A stretch of DNA of 64,000 bases from Bacteroidia bacterium (GCA_051861545.1 JBIMKP010000007.1:5206-69205); one strand, 5' to 3'; counted from the stretch's first letter, positions 47,832-58,848 are shown. Translations and numbers: made by a program. The notes: a model not told the origin generated them from the sequence alone.

Positions 47832-48608
47832 TTGACCATGTTAAAATTTATACATGAACTTTTAGAGCGAAACCCTGAATTGTATTGGTTTGGATTATTT
47901 AATTTTTTAGTTGCTGCAATCTTATTCATTCTTATGCCTTTTTTTCAAATTAAGGTTTTAGGAATACACGCTTTTATTAAACCCATCAAATTTGCATTAT
48001 CAATTGCAATTTATTCTTGGACAATGGCTTGGTATATGTTTTACCTTAAAGACACAAATATCAATTGGATGAATTGGGCAATTATAATTCTACTTGGTTT
48101 TGAAATATTTTACATAGTTTTTCAAGCTGCAAAAGGTCAGTTAAGCCATTTTAATTTAAGTACACCTTTTTATTCAGTTTTGTATTCTTTAATGGCTATG
48201 GCGGCCTCAGGAGTTACTCTTATCACAGCTTATGTTGGCATTTTATTTCTTAAACAAGATAATTCAAACCTGCCCGAATACTACCAAATTGCTTTGCATT
48301 GTGGCATCTGGATATTCGTAATTTTCTCTTTTCAAGGCTTTGCAATGGGCTCAAAACTAACACATACCATCGGGGCAATTGATGGTGGTAAAGGAATCCC
48401 GTTTTTAAACTGGAGTATCAATGCCGGCGACTTAAGAATTGCACATTTTATAGGAATGCATGCCTTGCAAGTCATCCCAATTTTGGCTTATTATTTATTT
48501 AAAAATACTTCTTTAACTATTATTGCATCAGTTATCTATATCTCCTTGGCCATCATAACATGGTATATGGCTGTCAAAGCTAAATCTCCGTTTTACTTTT
48601 TGAATTAA
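47832..48608 (+). CDS. Hypothetical integral membrane protein
   Basis: 258 aa with about six hydrophobic helices. No motif recognised. Confidence 0.4.
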   Translation: MTMLKFIHELLERNPELYWFGLFNFLVAAILFILMPFFQIKVLGIHAFIKPIKFALSIAIYSWTMAWYMFYLKDTNINWMNWAIIILLGFEIFYIVFQAAKGQLSHFNLSTPFYSVLYSLMAMAASGVTLITAYVGILFLKQDNSNLPEYYQIALHCGIWIFVIFSFQGFAMGSKLTHTIGAIDGGKGIPFLNWSINAGDLRIAHFIGMHALQVIPILAYYLFKNTSLTIIASVIYISLAIITWYMAVKAKSPFYFLN

Positions 48609-48617
48609 AAGTAAATT

Positions 48618-50027
48618 TTATAGTAAATCATTAGCCAGATTCGCCAACTCAGATCTTTCTCCTTTTTCTAATGTAATGTGTGCATACATCGGATTGTTTC
48701 GAATTCTGTCGATTAAGTAGGAGAGTCCATTTGATTGAGAATCTAAATAAGGTGTATCAATCTGGTAAATATCGCCAGTAAATACAATTTTAGTACCTTC
48801 TCCTGCTCTTGTAATAATGGTTTTTACTTCAAGTGGAGTTAGGTTTTGAGCTTCATCAACAATAAAAATTATATTCGATAAACTTCTTCCTCTGATATAT
48901 GCCAATGGCGTAACCAATAGTTTTTCTTGGTTAACCATGTCAGTAATTTTCTGGTATTCCTTATCAGTTTCTTTCCATTGATTTTGGATTAGCTTCAAAT
49001 TATCCCAAAGCGGTTCCATATATGGATTGATTTTTGATTTGGCATCTCCTGGTAAAAATCCAATATCTCTATTATTAAGCGGAATGATTGGTCGTGCAAG
49101 GTAAATTTGTCTGTATTTTGCTTTTTGTTCCATTGCAGCGGCTAGAGCCAAAAGCGTTTTTCCTGTTCCTGCAACACCTTGAATAGTTACCAATGATATA
49201 TTTGGATTTAAAACTGCATGCATGGCAAATGATTGTTCTGCATTTCTTGGTTTGATGCCATGTGCAGCAACTTTATTTACTCTTTCTAAGGTTTCATTTT
49301 GTGCATTATAAAAACATAAAACTGAGTTTTTATCATTCTTTAAAATGAAATAATGATTTGCATTGGGTTTAATTTTTAAAGCTAATTCATAGTGAACAAA
49401 ACCTTTCACATATAATTCATCAATAACACTTGCTTTTACTTTTTCGATTGTTGAATTGCCTGTATAAAGTGTATCTACATTTTTAATTTTTCCAGTCTCA
49501 TAATCTTCTGCAACAATTCCAAGTGATTTTCCTTTAAGACGAAGATTAACATCTTTTGTAACAAGAATTACAGGTCGGCCTTGATTTTGATCGCGCATGG
49601 CCATTGCTGCATTTAATATCCTGTGATCAGCTTTTCTTTCACCAAAAATAACCTGCGCATCCATGCTGGCTTTTTCTTGCATAATCACCTTGAAACGACC
49701 TCGAGTAGGACCATTTATCGGAATCCATTCACTTATTATATGTTCACTTGATAGTTTATCTAAATACCGAATGAACTCTCTTGCTTCAAAATTGATGGTA
49801 TCATTTCCTTTTTTGAAATTATCAAGTTCTTCCAAAACTGTTATAGGAATGGCAACATCATGCTCCTGAAAATTCTTGATGGCATTATGGTCGTATAAGA
49901 TAACAGATGTATCTAAAACAAAGATTTTTCTAGGTTCCTTTTCTTTTTTTAGAATAACTTTTTTTGAAGAAGTTTTTTTAGAAGCTGTCTTTTTAACAAC
50001 TTTTTTCATTACAATTTTCTTAGCCAT
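48618..50027 (-). CDS. PhoH-like ATPase with N-terminal PIN domain (PhoH2/YlaK type)
   Basis: PIN region VLDTSVILYDHNAI...ITVLEELD. Walker A GVAGTGKT. 469 aa. Confidence 0.8.
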   Translation of the reverse strand: MAKKIVMKKVVKKTASKKTSSKKVILKKEKEPRKIFVLDTSVILYDHNAIKNFQEHDVAIPITVLEELDNFKKGNDTINFEAREFIRYLDKLSSEHIISEWIPINGPTRGRFKVIMQEKASMDAQVIFGERKADHRILNAAMAMRDQNQGRPVILVTKDVNLRLKGKSLGIVAEDYETGKIKNVDTLYTGNSTIEKVKASVIDELYVKGFVHYELALKIKPNANHYFILKNDKNSVLCFYNAQNETLERVNKVAAHGIKPRNAEQSFAMHAVLNPNISLVTIQGVAGTGKTLLALAAAMEQKAKYRQIYLARPIIPLNNRDIGFLPGDAKSKINPYMEPLWDNLKLIQNQWKETDKEYQKITDMVNQEKLLVTPLAYIRGRSLSNIIFIVDEAQNLTPLEVKTIITRAGEGTKIVFTGDIYQIDTPYLDSQSNGLSYLIDRIRNNPMYAHITLEKGERSELANLANDLL

Positions 50028-50149
50028 AATCAGGTTGTTCTTTACTCAAGAACGTAAACCTAAATTAAACTTACACCAAGAAAATGTTCACAGATGTGAA
50101 TTTGAGACTAGTTAAGGCTTGAATTTGCTTTAAACACAAAGGCTTTGGG

Positions 50150-50644
50150 CTATGTTAATTCTTTGATAAGGCTGGAATGTTGTGGAAAAAGTTGACATAA
50201 TTCAGACTGATTTGCCAATTCAAAATCAGCAAAATCAAAACCTGGAGCAACAGTGCAACCAACTAAGCTGAATCCATTTTTTACTTCACACCTCGAGCCA
50301 AACCAAATGCCTGCTGGAATTACGGCATGTAAAACCTCACCATTTTGAATATTTCTACCCAATTTAATTTGATTTAAAATTCCTTCTGAATCAATAGAAT
50401 AAACAGAAAGTGTATCACCATCATAAAAATGCCAATGTTCTTCGGCAGCTATTCTATGTAAAGCTGAAAACTGACCTTCTTTTAATAAAAAATAAATATG
50501 GGTACTTAAGTTTCTGTCACCACCAAATCCTGGAGGTAAATGTTCTTTTTTTAGACTAATTGTGCTTCTAAAATCTTCTTTAAAAGCACCTCCTTCAACA
50601 TGTTGAAGGAGGTTTAGTTCTTTTATATAATCTTCTGCTTTCAC
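50150..50644 (-). CDS. Cupin-fold protein (DUF985-like)
   Basis: 164 aa. beta-barrel cupin pattern ..HRIAAEEHWHFYDGDTL... Confidence 0.4.
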   Translation of the reverse strand: MKAEDYIKELNLLQHVEGGAFKEDFRSTISLKKEHLPPGFGGDRNLSTHIYFLLKEGQFSALHRIAAEEHWHFYDGDTLSVYSIDSEGILNQIKLGRNIQNGEVLHAVIPAGIWFGSRCEVKNGFSLVGCTVAPGFDFADFELANQSELCQLFPQHSSLIKELT

Positions 50645-50650
50645 TATTGA

Positions 50651-51040
50651 TTAATGAACGTGGTCATCACCAAAAACTTCAGCTTTGTGCCCAAAATGAT
50701 GCACGAAATCTCTCATTTCATCTGCCAATTCTTTGTTATTAGTTGCTTTTTCATAGGTATCGCAAAGTGTTGCAAGTGTTTGAAACATGAATAAATTCAT
50801 TTCATCTACTTTCATTTCAGATGTCCATAAATCAATTCTCATTGCATTTTGTTGTAAGCCATCATACAAGCTTAACATCATTGCTTTCGCCGGTTCTTTG
50901 CCTTCAAAATCTGCATCATCAGCATCCCATTCAATATGAGCTGGCATATTGGTTTCATCTAAATGAACGTCTATTCTAATTTGAGATGTTTTTACAATTT
51001 CAGGAGTTTTTTTCTCTTGGTTATTTTCCATTTTAATCAA
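50651..51040 (-). CDS. Hypothetical cytoplasmic protein (possibly GldC-like)
   Basis: 129 aa, acidic. The ..IRIDVHLDETNMPAHIEWDADDA.. pattern is reminiscent of the gliding-associated GldC family, but this is unverified. Confidence 0.3.
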   Translation of the reverse strand: MIKMENNQEKKTPEIVKTSQIRIDVHLDETNMPAHIEWDADDADFEGKEPAKAMMLSLYDGLQQNAMRIDLWTSEMKVDEMNLFMFQTLATLCDTYEKATNNKELADEMRDFVHHFGHKAEVFGDDHVH

Positions 51041-51374
51041 GTTGTTCTTTAAGTTCAGAAAGAAATTGCTTTAAGTTTAAAAGCTTATCGGTTATAGCAG
51101 ATTTATCTGCCAATTTGTTTTTAATTTTTAGTTTTTCTTTTGCTCCAGGTAAAGTATGACCTTCAATTTTTACCAATTGGTAAATAATTTTGATGGTTTC
51201 GATATCTTCTTGACTAAATTTTCTGGTGCCTTTTGAAGTTTTTCTTGGGCTCAATTCATTAAATTCCTTTTCCCAAAACCTTATTAAAGATGGATTTAAT
51301 TTTAATAATTCAGAAACTTCACCAATTGTGAAATATAATTTTTCTATTTCGTCCTGATTTTGATTCAAAAGCAA
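51033..51374 (-). CDS. MerR-family HTH transcriptional regulator
   Basis: N-terminal YFTIGEVSELLKLNPSLIRFWEKEF HTH. 113 aa. Confidence 0.55.
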   Translation of the reverse strand: MLLNQNQDEIEKLYFTIGEVSELLKLNPSLIRFWEKEFNELSPRKTSKGTRKFSQEDIETIKIIYQLVKIEGHTLPGAKEKLKIKNKLADKSAITDKLLNLKQFLSELKEQLD

Positions 51375-51382
51375 AAAATGGT

Positions 51383-52351
51383 TTAATCGAATGATTGTCC
51401 TTCGCGGTTAGCAATTTCTCTGATAGCTTGGTATTCTTCTTCAGTTAAATCATTAAAGAAGTAATTAATTGGGTTGATTTTATTCTCACCTTTTATGATT
51501 TCATAATGCACATGCGGAGCTGTTGATGTTCCTGTGCTTCCAACATAACCAAGTAATTCTCCTCTTTGAATTTTTTGTCCAGGTCTTACTTTCATTTTAC
51601 TCATGTGTGCGTATAATGAACGATAGCCAAATCCATGATTAATAATAACGTGATTACCATAGCCATTTCCATTTTCAGCAGTTTCAATTTTACCATTTCC
51701 TGTTGCATAAATAGGAGTGCCCTGCGGTGCTGTAAAATCTATACCTGAATGGAATTTATGTGTTTTAAAAATAGGATGAATTCTGTAACCAAATCCAGAA
51801 GCTATTCTTTTTAAATCTTTGTTTGAAATAGGCTGAATGGCAGGAATACAAGAAAGAAAAACTGTTTTATTAGCAGCTAATTTTCCTAATTCATCAAATG
51901 ATTTTGATTGAACATAAACCTTAGCGGCTAATTCATCAACTTTTTCATTCAAAGCAACTAATTCCTCCGAATTTTCAAATCCGTTTAGAATTTTATACTT
52001 TTCAATTCCACCTGTTCCTGCTTTTCTAATGCTGATATCAATTGGGTCTGCTTCAAAAATTGCGCGATAAATATTTGCATCTCTATCTTGCAATTCTGCT
52101 AAAACTCCTCCAAGTTCATCAATTTTTTTGTTCAATACCTTAATTTGAGCTTGGTATTGTTCGTTTTCACGTTTTAAAGTCTTTTCTTTTGGTGAGTCTA
52201 TGAAGCTGTAGATAGCCAAAACCATCATTGCACCAGCCACAACCGATGCCGACAGAAATCCAAACACCCTAAAAGCGATTGTTGTAAGACTGGTTCTTAC
52301 TTTTTCGAAATCTAGTTTATGTGGATTATAAAAGTACTTATTCTTCGCCAT
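51383..52351 (-). CDS. M23-family metallopeptidase (membrane-anchored, coiled-coil N-terminus)
   Basis: HSGIDF and HVHYEI zinc-ligand motifs. TM near the N-terminus. Confidence 0.75.
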   Translation of the reverse strand: MAKNKYFYNPHKLDFEKVRTSLTTIAFRVFGFLSASVVAGAMMVLAIYSFIDSPKEKTLKRENEQYQAQIKVLNKKIDELGGVLAELQDRDANIYRAIFEADPIDISIRKAGTGGIEKYKILNGFENSEELVALNEKVDELAAKVYVQSKSFDELGKLAANKTVFLSCIPAIQPISNKDLKRIASGFGYRIHPIFKTHKFHSGIDFTAPQGTPIYATGNGKIETAENGNGYGNHVIINHGFGYRSLYAHMSKMKVRPGQKIQRGELLGYVGSTGTSTAPHVHYEIIKGENKINPINYFFNDLTEEEYQAIREIANREGQSFD

Positions 52352-52464
52352 TTTCCCCCCGTTTTTTATTTCCCCAATATATTGTAGACAATTGGGGATG
52401 CAAAATTAAATATTTTTCTGCAAATTCAGGCCTGAAATTAATATTAAAATTAAAATATAAAGCA

Positions 52465-55086
52465 ATGACTGCCAACGAAATACGTAAACAGTTCCTAGAA
52501 TATTTTCAAAGTAAAGGTCACCAAATCGTTCCTTCAGCCCCAATTGTGGTAAAAAATGATCCTACTCTCATGTTTACAAATGCGGGTATGAATCAGTTTA
52601 AAGATTGGTTTTTAGGAAACGAAGAACCTAAATATAAAAGGGTAGCTGATACGCAAAAATGTTTACGAGTTAGCGGTAAACACAACGATTTAGAAGAAGT
52701 TGGTGTTGATACTTATCACCATACCATGTTTGAAATGTTGGGAAATTGGAGTTTTGGCGATTATTTTAAAACAGAGGCTATTGAATGGGCTTGGGATTTA
52801 TTGACCAATGTTTATAAGTTGGATAAAGACCGTTTATATGTTACCGTTTTTGAAGGTGATGAAAATGAAGGACTTGCTTTTGATCAGGACGCTTTTAATG
52901 AATGGAAAAAGTGGATTGCTCCCGAAAGAATTTTAATGGGCAATAAAAAAGATAATTTTTGGGAAATGGGTGATACTGGTCCATGTGGCCCTTGTTCTGA
53001 AATTCATGTTGATTTACGTTCAGCTTCAGAAAGAGCTGCTTTAGATGGAAGCACTTTAGTTAATAACGACCACCCGCAAGTCATCGAAATTTGGAACAAT
53101 GTATTCATGGAATTCAATAGAAAGGCAGATGGTAAATTAGAAAAACTACCAGCGCAACATGTTGATACTGGAATGGGTTTCGAAAGATTAGTAAGAGCTA
53201 TTGAAGGTAAATCTTCAAATTATGATACCGATGTTTTTGTTCCGAGTATTAAATTTATTGAGTCTCATAGCGGAATTGAATATAAATTTAGTGATTCCAT
53301 CTCTGATGTTTCAATGCGAGTAATTGCAGACCATATTAGAGCTATTTCTTTTTGTATTGCTGATGGTCAATTACCTTCTAATAATGGCGCTGGTTATGTA
53401 ATCAGACGAATTTTAAGAAGAGCTGTAAGATATGGATTTCAGTTTTTGAATTTTAAAGAGCCATTTTTAGAGAAATTAAGTGCACAAATTGCCGATCATT
53501 TTAAAGAAATATTTCCTGAATTATACAGCCAGCGTGAGTTTGTTGCTAAAGTTATTCGTGAGGAAGAACTTAGTTTTTTAAGAACTTTGGAAAATGGATT
53601 GAAACGTTTAGATCAAATTATTTCAAACCTTAAACAAGGTGAAGTAATTGATGGAAGAATTGTTTTTGAATTAAATGATACTTTTGGTTTTCCTGTTGAT
53701 TTAACATCACTTTTAGCAAGAGAAAAAGGTTTTGGAATTGATGAGGCTGGTTTCAAAATTGCTCTTGAAGAACAAAAAGCCCGCTCAAGAAAAGCTACTG
53801 AAATAAATACAGATGATTGGCAGGTTTTATTGCCAGAAGAGGCTTCTACTTTTTTAGGTTATGATTTGCTTGAATCTGAAGTTAAAATCATGAAATTCAG
53901 AAAAGTAAAAGCCAAAGGTAAAGAATACTTTCAATTGGTTTTTAATCAAACTCCTTTTTATCCAGAGGGTGGTGGTCAGGTTGGTGATACAGGATTTATC
54001 TCTAATGCAAATGAGAAAATCCAGATTACTAATACCTTGAGAGAGAATAACATGATTATTCATTTAGTAGAAAGTATTCCTTCAAATCCAGAGGCTGTTT
54101 TTATAGCTGAGGTTGATGTAGAAAAACGTTCTTTAACCGAAAATAATCATAGTGCAACTCACTTATTACATGCTGCATTACGCCAAGTTTTGGGTAAACA
54201 TGTAGCTCAAAAAGGATCATTGGTTAACTCAGATTATTTACGTTTCGACTTTTCTCATTTTTCAGCCATGACAAATGAAGAGATAGCAAAGGTTGAGCAA
54301 ATTGTTAATCAAAAAATTAGAGAAAATATTTCTTTAGATGAGAGACGTAATGTTCCTATAGCAGAAGCTGAAAAAATGGGTGCGATGATGCTATTTGGTG
54401 AAAAGTATGGTGATTCTGTTCGAGTAATTACTTTCGATGAAAAATATTCTAGAGAATTATGTGGTGGAACTCATGTGAAATCAACGGGCAAAATTGGCAT
54501 GTTTAAAATTACGTCAGAATCGGCAGTAGCTGCAGGTGTACGAAGGATTGAAGCAATCAGTTCACTTGCTAGTGAAAAGTATGTTTCCGATATGGAATCG
54601 AGCTTAAAAGGATTAAGAGATATTCTTAAAACCAAAGATTTGCAAAAAGCCCTTGAAGATTTGTTGAATGAGAAATCGGAATTGCTTAAAAAATTAGAAA
54701 ATCTTGAAGCTGAAAAAACGCAAGTCATTAAATCTCAATTGAAAGATAAAGTATTAGCTTTAAATGGCTTTAACTTAATAGTTGAACAAATTGAACTTAA
54801 TTCGGCAGATCAATTAAAGAATCTTTCATTTCAATTGAAGTCGGAAATTCCTAATCTTTTTCTAGCATTAGGAACAGTAATCAATCAAAAACCATTTTTA
54901 AGTATCATTATCGATGAAGAATTAGTTAAGGCTAATGGTTTTCATGCTGGAAATTTGGTAAAAGAGGCTGCAAAAAATATTAAAGGTGGTGGAGGTGGAC
55001 AACCATTTTACGCAACTGCCGGTGGTTCTGATTTAAGTGGTTTATCATTTGCTTTACAATACATTAAAGAAAAAATAACAGCCTAA
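52465..55086 (+). CDS. alaS: Alanine--tRNA ligase
   Basis: N-terminus MTANEIRKQFLEYFQSKGHQIVPSAPIV. Class II core, editing domain (HSATHLLH) and C-terminal DHHA1-like domain. 873 aa. The track ORF begins at 52321, but the ATG at 52465 is the likely start and avoids overlap with the M23 gene. Confidence 0.9.
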   Translation: MTANEIRKQFLEYFQSKGHQIVPSAPIVVKNDPTLMFTNAGMNQFKDWFLGNEEPKYKRVADTQKCLRVSGKHNDLEEVGVDTYHHTMFEMLGNWSFGDYFKTEAIEWAWDLLTNVYKLDKDRLYVTVFEGDENEGLAFDQDAFNEWKKWIAPERILMGNKKDNFWEMGDTGPCGPCSEIHVDLRSASERAALDGSTLVNNDHPQVIEIWNNVFMEFNRKADGKLEKLPAQHVDTGMGFERLVRAIEGKSSNYDTDVFVPSIKFIESHSGIEYKFSDSISDVSMRVIADHIRAISFCIADGQLPSNNGAGYVIRRILRRAVRYGFQFLNFKEPFLEKLSAQIADHFKEIFPELYSQREFVAKVIREEELSFLRTLENGLKRLDQIISNLKQGEVIDGRIVFELNDTFGFPVDLTSLLAREKGFGIDEAGFKIALEEQKARSRKATEINTDDWQVLLPEEASTFLGYDLLESEVKIMKFRKVKAKGKEYFQLVFNQTPFYPEGGGQVGDTGFISNANEKIQITNTLRENNMIIHLVESIPSNPEAVFIAEVDVEKRSLTENNHSATHLLHAALRQVLGKHVAQKGSLVNSDYLRFDFSHFSAMTNEEIAKVEQIVNQKIRENISLDERRNVPIAEAEKMGAMMLFGEKYGDSVRVITFDEKYSRELCGGTHVKSTGKIGMFKITSESAVAAGVRRIEAISSLASEKYVSDMESSLKGLRDILKTKDLQKALEDLLNEKSELLKKLENLEAEKTQVIKSQLKDKVLALNGFNLIVEQIELNSADQLKNLSFQLKSEIPNLFLALGTVINQKPFLSIIIDEELVKANGFHAGNLVKEAAKNIKGGGGGQPFYATAGGSDLSGLSFALQYIKEKITA

Positions 55087-55119
55087 GACGAAAAATTGCA
55101 AGTAAAATTCGTGTAATTA

Positions 55120-55401
55120 TTGCATTATTGTACCGTGGTAGAAGAAATTTCGATTTTAGTAGCGGTCCTTGTGGGATTAATTACATTTTTTTGGGTTCGA
55201 GGAAATGTAAGGTTAAGTGATAATTGTCCGAAATGTGGTAATAATAACCATGTGAAAAGAGTTTCTAGGAGTTTTATCACTAAATATTTATTTTTTATGT
55301 TTGGAGCCAGGAAATTAAGGTGTTCAAAGTGTTGGAAAAATTACTTCCAACTTTGGTCAGTAACAAAACCTGATCCAAAACCTACTGCTTCTGATTATTA
55401 A
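55120..55401 (+). CDS. Hypothetical small protein with zinc-ribbon-like cysteine pairs
   Basis: CPKCG...CSKCW. N-terminal hydrophobic helix. 93 aa. Confidence 0.3.
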   Translation: MHYCTVVEEISILVAVLVGLITFFWVRGNVRLSDNCPKCGNNNHVKRVSRSFITKYLFFMFGARKLRCSKCWKNYFQLWSVTKPDPKPTASDY

Positions 55402-55844
55402 TAAGTTATTTTCAGTTTCTTGTAAATAAAACTTAATAACCAAGCAGGTCCGATAAGTAAAAATTGGATATCATCAATAAATGATGGTTTTTTTCCTTCA
55501 ATTTTATGGCCAATAAATTGTCCAATCCATGCAATTGTAAATATTGAAAGGGCAATTTTCCAAACACTTGTACTTAAACTTTGTAATTGGACTGAACCCC
55601 AAATGCAGATAAAATAAAATAGAAGCAAGCCCAAGGCAATTTTCCAAGATATTCTGATATAAAAAAGCATTGCCATTATTAAAACCAAATGGGCAAGGCT
55701 CAAGCTTTGGTATAATTCAACTTCATTTAGTAAACAAACTAAACTAAAGAAAATACTTGGAACACAAATCCAGTGTATTAGTTTATTGGTGCTGTTTTGA
55801 TGACTAACTGCATATTCATCAAGCCATTGTTGAATGCTTTTCAT
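55398..55844 (-). CDS. Small integral membrane protein (DUF962-like)
   Basis: 148 aa with four TM helices. N-terminus MKSIQQWLDEYAVSHQNSTNKLIHWICVP. Confidence 0.4.
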   Translation of the reverse strand: MKSIQQWLDEYAVSHQNSTNKLIHWICVPSIFFSLVCLLNEVELYQSLSLAHLVLIMAMLFYIRISWKIALGLLLFYFICIWGSVQLQSLSTSVWKIALSIFTIAWIGQFIGHKIEGKKPSFIDDIQFLLIGPAWLLSFIYKKLKITY

Positions 55845-55853
55845 TCAACTAAT

Positions 55854-56861
55854 CTAGTAAAATTTCCTGAAACCAATTGCATTTCTTGCTACTTTTAAAG
55901 TTGCATCAGCACTTTCTTTGGCTTTTTCAGCTCCCAATTTAGCTACTTTACCTAAGTATTCTTCATTGGCTAAAATATCGGTTATTTTTTCTCTAATTGG
56001 CGTCAAAAATGTAACCATATCTTCTGCCAATTGCTTCTTTAAATCACCAAATCTAATCGTACAATTTGCATGTGCTTCAACATAAAAATCTACTGTTTCT
56101 TTTGTTGAAGCAACTTTTAGTAAATCGAATAAGTTTTGTACTGGCTGACTTGGAACTGAGTTTGCTTCAGTTGGAGTATTTCCACTCACAGCTTTTGATA
56201 TTTTTTTTCTTAAAACATCAGGAGAATCAATTAGGTTAATTACATTGTTTTCTCCATCACTTTTACTCATTTTTCCTCCACCTTGTAAACCCGGAATTTT
56301 TACCAATTCACCCCCGTAATTAAAGGCTTGTGGTTCAGGAAAAAGTTCTAAATCATACATTCTGTTAAAGCGATTTCCAAAAGTTCTTGCCATCTCTAAA
56401 TGTTGTTCTTGGTCTTTACCAACCGGAACTAAATGCGCGCGATGTATAATAATATCAGCAGCCATTAAAACCGGGTAGGTGAGAAGACCTGCATTTATAT
56501 TGTCTGGTTGGGTTCTAGCTTTTTCTTTAAATGAACTTACTCTCTCTAATTCTCCCTTGTAAGCATGCATGTTTAGCAATAAATACAATTCAGGTATTTG
56601 TGGCAAATCACTTTGAATGTATAAAGTACATTTTTCAGGATCTAATCCGCAAGCTAAATATTCTGCCAAAACCTGCTTTACACTGTTATGTAAATCTTTT
56701 GGGTTTGGATGTGTTGTTAACGAATGGTAATCAGCAATAAAGAAAAAACATGGATGTTCATTTTGCATGCTGATGAAATTTTTCACCGCACCCATATAAT
56801 TGCCTAAATGAAGCATTCCTGTTGGCCTAATGCCACTAACCACTATTTGTTTTGAAGACAT
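55854..56861 (-). CDS. trpS: Tryptophan--tRNA ligase
   Basis: HIGH-type motif HLGNYMGA. KMSKS present. 335 aa. Confidence 0.85.
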   Translation of the reverse strand: MSSKQIVVSGIRPTGMLHLGNYMGAVKNFISMQNEHPCFFFIADYHSLTTHPNPKDLHNSVKQVLAEYLACGLDPEKCTLYIQSDLPQIPELYLLLNMHAYKGELERVSSFKEKARTQPDNINAGLLTYPVLMAADIIIHRAHLVPVGKDQEQHLEMARTFGNRFNRMYDLELFPEPQAFNYGGELVKIPGLQGGGKMSKSDGENNVINLIDSPDVLRKKISKAVSGNTPTEANSVPSQPVQNLFDLLKVASTKETVDFYVEAHANCTIRFGDLKKQLAEDMVTFLTPIREKITDILANEEYLGKVAKLGAEKAKESADATLKVARNAIGFRKFY

Positions 56862-56894
56862 GAACTTAATTAGTTTTTGTATGAAAGCAATCTA

Positions 56895-57347
56895 TTAATT
56901 AGATGGCTTACAATCGATTTTATTTATTATAAAGTTGAATTCATACTTACTTGAATCATAAGTAATATTTCCTTGCTCATCTATGGTTGCAGGAGCTGTT
57001 TTTAAAAGAATTTGATTATCCCTAAGTTTCCAAGTTTGATTCTCTTTAAATTCTTCTCCTTCTTGAGTATAAGTATAAACACATTCAATAATACTGTCTT
57101 TTATTATTCCTGAAATAGTCCCCAATGCTGCATCTTTTTCCCAAGGGATATAATTATACTCTCCAGTAACTAGGGTGTCTTGGATGTGAATTTTTAAAGA
57201 AGTACTATCCTCATTTTTTAAGCCATCAGTTAACAAAAAACAAAGTTTCTCATTTCTTTTGGTTTCAACATTTTGATTAGTTTTAGGTTCTGAATTTGAA
57301 CAAGAAACTAAAATAATTGAAATAATAAGTAAATATGTTATTCTCAT
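56895..57347 (-). CDS. Hypothetical lipoprotein
   Basis: Lipobox ILVSCSN. 150 aa. Overlaps the pyrB start by 4 nt. Confidence 0.45.
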   Translation of the reverse strand: MRITYLLIISIILVSCSNSEPKTNQNVETKRNEKLCFLLTDGLKNEDSTSLKIHIQDTLVTGEYNYIPWEKDAALGTISGIIKDSIIECVYTYTQEGEEFKENQTWKLRDNQILLKTAPATIDEQGNITYDSSKYEFNFIINKIDCKPSN

Positions 57348-58276
57348 AATGAACCTTGTTGACCTGCTAATAAAAACATAACTGCCATTCGAACTGCCAC
57401 TCCATTTTCTACTTGATCTAAAATGATGCTGTGTTTACTATCAGCTACATCACTCGTAATTTCAACTCCTCTGTTTATAGGTCCAGGATGCATGATTACA
57501 ATTTCTTTATTTAAAGAATCTAATCTTTCTTTATCTAAGCCATATAACATGCTGTATTCTCTTAATGAAGGAAAATATTTGATGTCTTGTCTTTCAAGTT
57601 GGATTCTTAGCATATTGGCAACATCACACCAAGCAAGTGCCTTCATTAAATTGGTTTCTACTTTCACCCCAAGCGATTCTATATGTTTAGGGATTAGTGT
57701 ACTAGGACCACAAACCATTACTTCGGCACCTAATTTCTGTAGGCAGAAGATATTTGATAAAGCCACTCTTGAATGAGTTATATCACCAACAATAACTACT
57801 TTTTTCCCTTTTACTGAACCCAATTTTTCTCTGATTGAAAACGCATCCAATAAAGCTTGTGTAGGATGTTCGTGTGTTCCATCACCAGCATTAATGATAT
57901 TTGCTTTGATATGTTTTGATAAGAAAACACATGCTCCAGGAGCGGGATGTCTCATCACAACCATATCCACTTTCATTGCCAAGATATTATTTACAGTATC
58001 GATTAAAGTTTCACCTTTTGAAACAGAAGAGGAGGAGGCTGAGAAATTAACGATATCGGCACTTAATCTTTTTTGAGCCAATTCAAAAGATATTCTTGTT
58101 CTTGTTGAATTTTCAAAAAAGATGTTTGCAATAGTAACATCACGAAGAGAAGGAACCTTTTTGATAGGCCTATTGATGATTGATTTAAAATTATCTGCTG
58201 TCTCAAAAACCAGATTGATATCATCTGCATTGAGTTCCTTGATTCCCAGCAAATGTCTTTGAGAAAATTTCTTCAT
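57344..58276 (-). CDS. pyrB: Aspartate carbamoyltransferase catalytic subunit
   Basis: STRTR carbamoyl-phosphate motif (FENSTRTRISFE). HPTQAL. 310 aa. Confidence 0.9.
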   Translation of the reverse strand: MKKFSQRHLLGIKELNADDINLVFETADNFKSIINRPIKKVPSLRDVTIANIFFENSTRTRISFELAQKRLSADIVNFSASSSSVSKGETLIDTVNNILAMKVDMVVMRHPAPGACVFLSKHIKANIINAGDGTHEHPTQALLDAFSIREKLGSVKGKKVVIVGDITHSRVALSNIFCLQKLGAEVMVCGPSTLIPKHIESLGVKVETNLMKALAWCDVANMLRIQLERQDIKYFPSLREYSMLYGLDKERLDSLNKEIVIMHPGPINRGVEITSDVADSKHSIILDQVENGVAVRMAVMFLLAGQQGSL

Positions 58277-58302
58277 TTCTATTTGTATTCTTGGCCTAAT
58301 AA

Positions 58303-58848
58303 TCAGGGTTGTATTGGAAGTATTTGAACGATATCTTTTTTACCTTGTTCTTTCCATTCCACTTTCACTTTGTCGTGAGCTCTAGTATCAACAGTTAAAC
58401 CAACATAATCGGCTTGAATAGGTAAATCTCTGCTATAAAGTCTATCGATTAAAACCAAAAGTTCAACTCTATTTGGTCTTCCAAAATCAGTAATTGCATC
58501 TAAAGCAGAGCGAATTGTTCTACCAGTAAAAAGCACATCATCAATTAAAACAACTTGTTTATTGCTCATACTAAAATTGATTTTTAGTTCAGAAGGAATG
58601 ATATGTTCATTTCCTCTTCTAAAATCATCTCTATAAAAAGCAATATCAAGTTCACCATACAAAACATCTTTTAGTCCGGTAATTTCTTCTAATCTCGATT
58701 TAATTCTTCTCGAAAGAAAAATTCCACGAGGTTGCATACCAACTAAAGCCACATCGGCAAAACTACCATGTCTCTCAATTAGCTGATAACATAGTCTGTC
58801 TAGAGTCAGTTGAAATTGTTTCTTTTCAAGAATTATACGTTCCTTCAT
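58303..58848 (-). CDS. pyrR: Bifunctional pyrimidine operon regulator / uracil phosphoribosyltransferase PyrR
   Basis: PRPP-binding loop VVLIDDVLFTGRTIRSALDAI. 181 aa. Sits upstream of pyrB. Confidence 0.85.
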   Translation of the reverse strand: MKERIILEKKQFQLTLDRLCYQLIERHGSFADVALVGMQPRGIFLSRRIKSRLEEITGLKDVLYGELDIAFYRDDFRRGNEHIIPSELKINFSMSNKQVVLIDDVLFTGRTIRSALDAITDFGRPNRVELLVLIDRLYSRDLPIQADYVGLTVDTRAHDKVKVEWKEQGKKDIVQILPIQP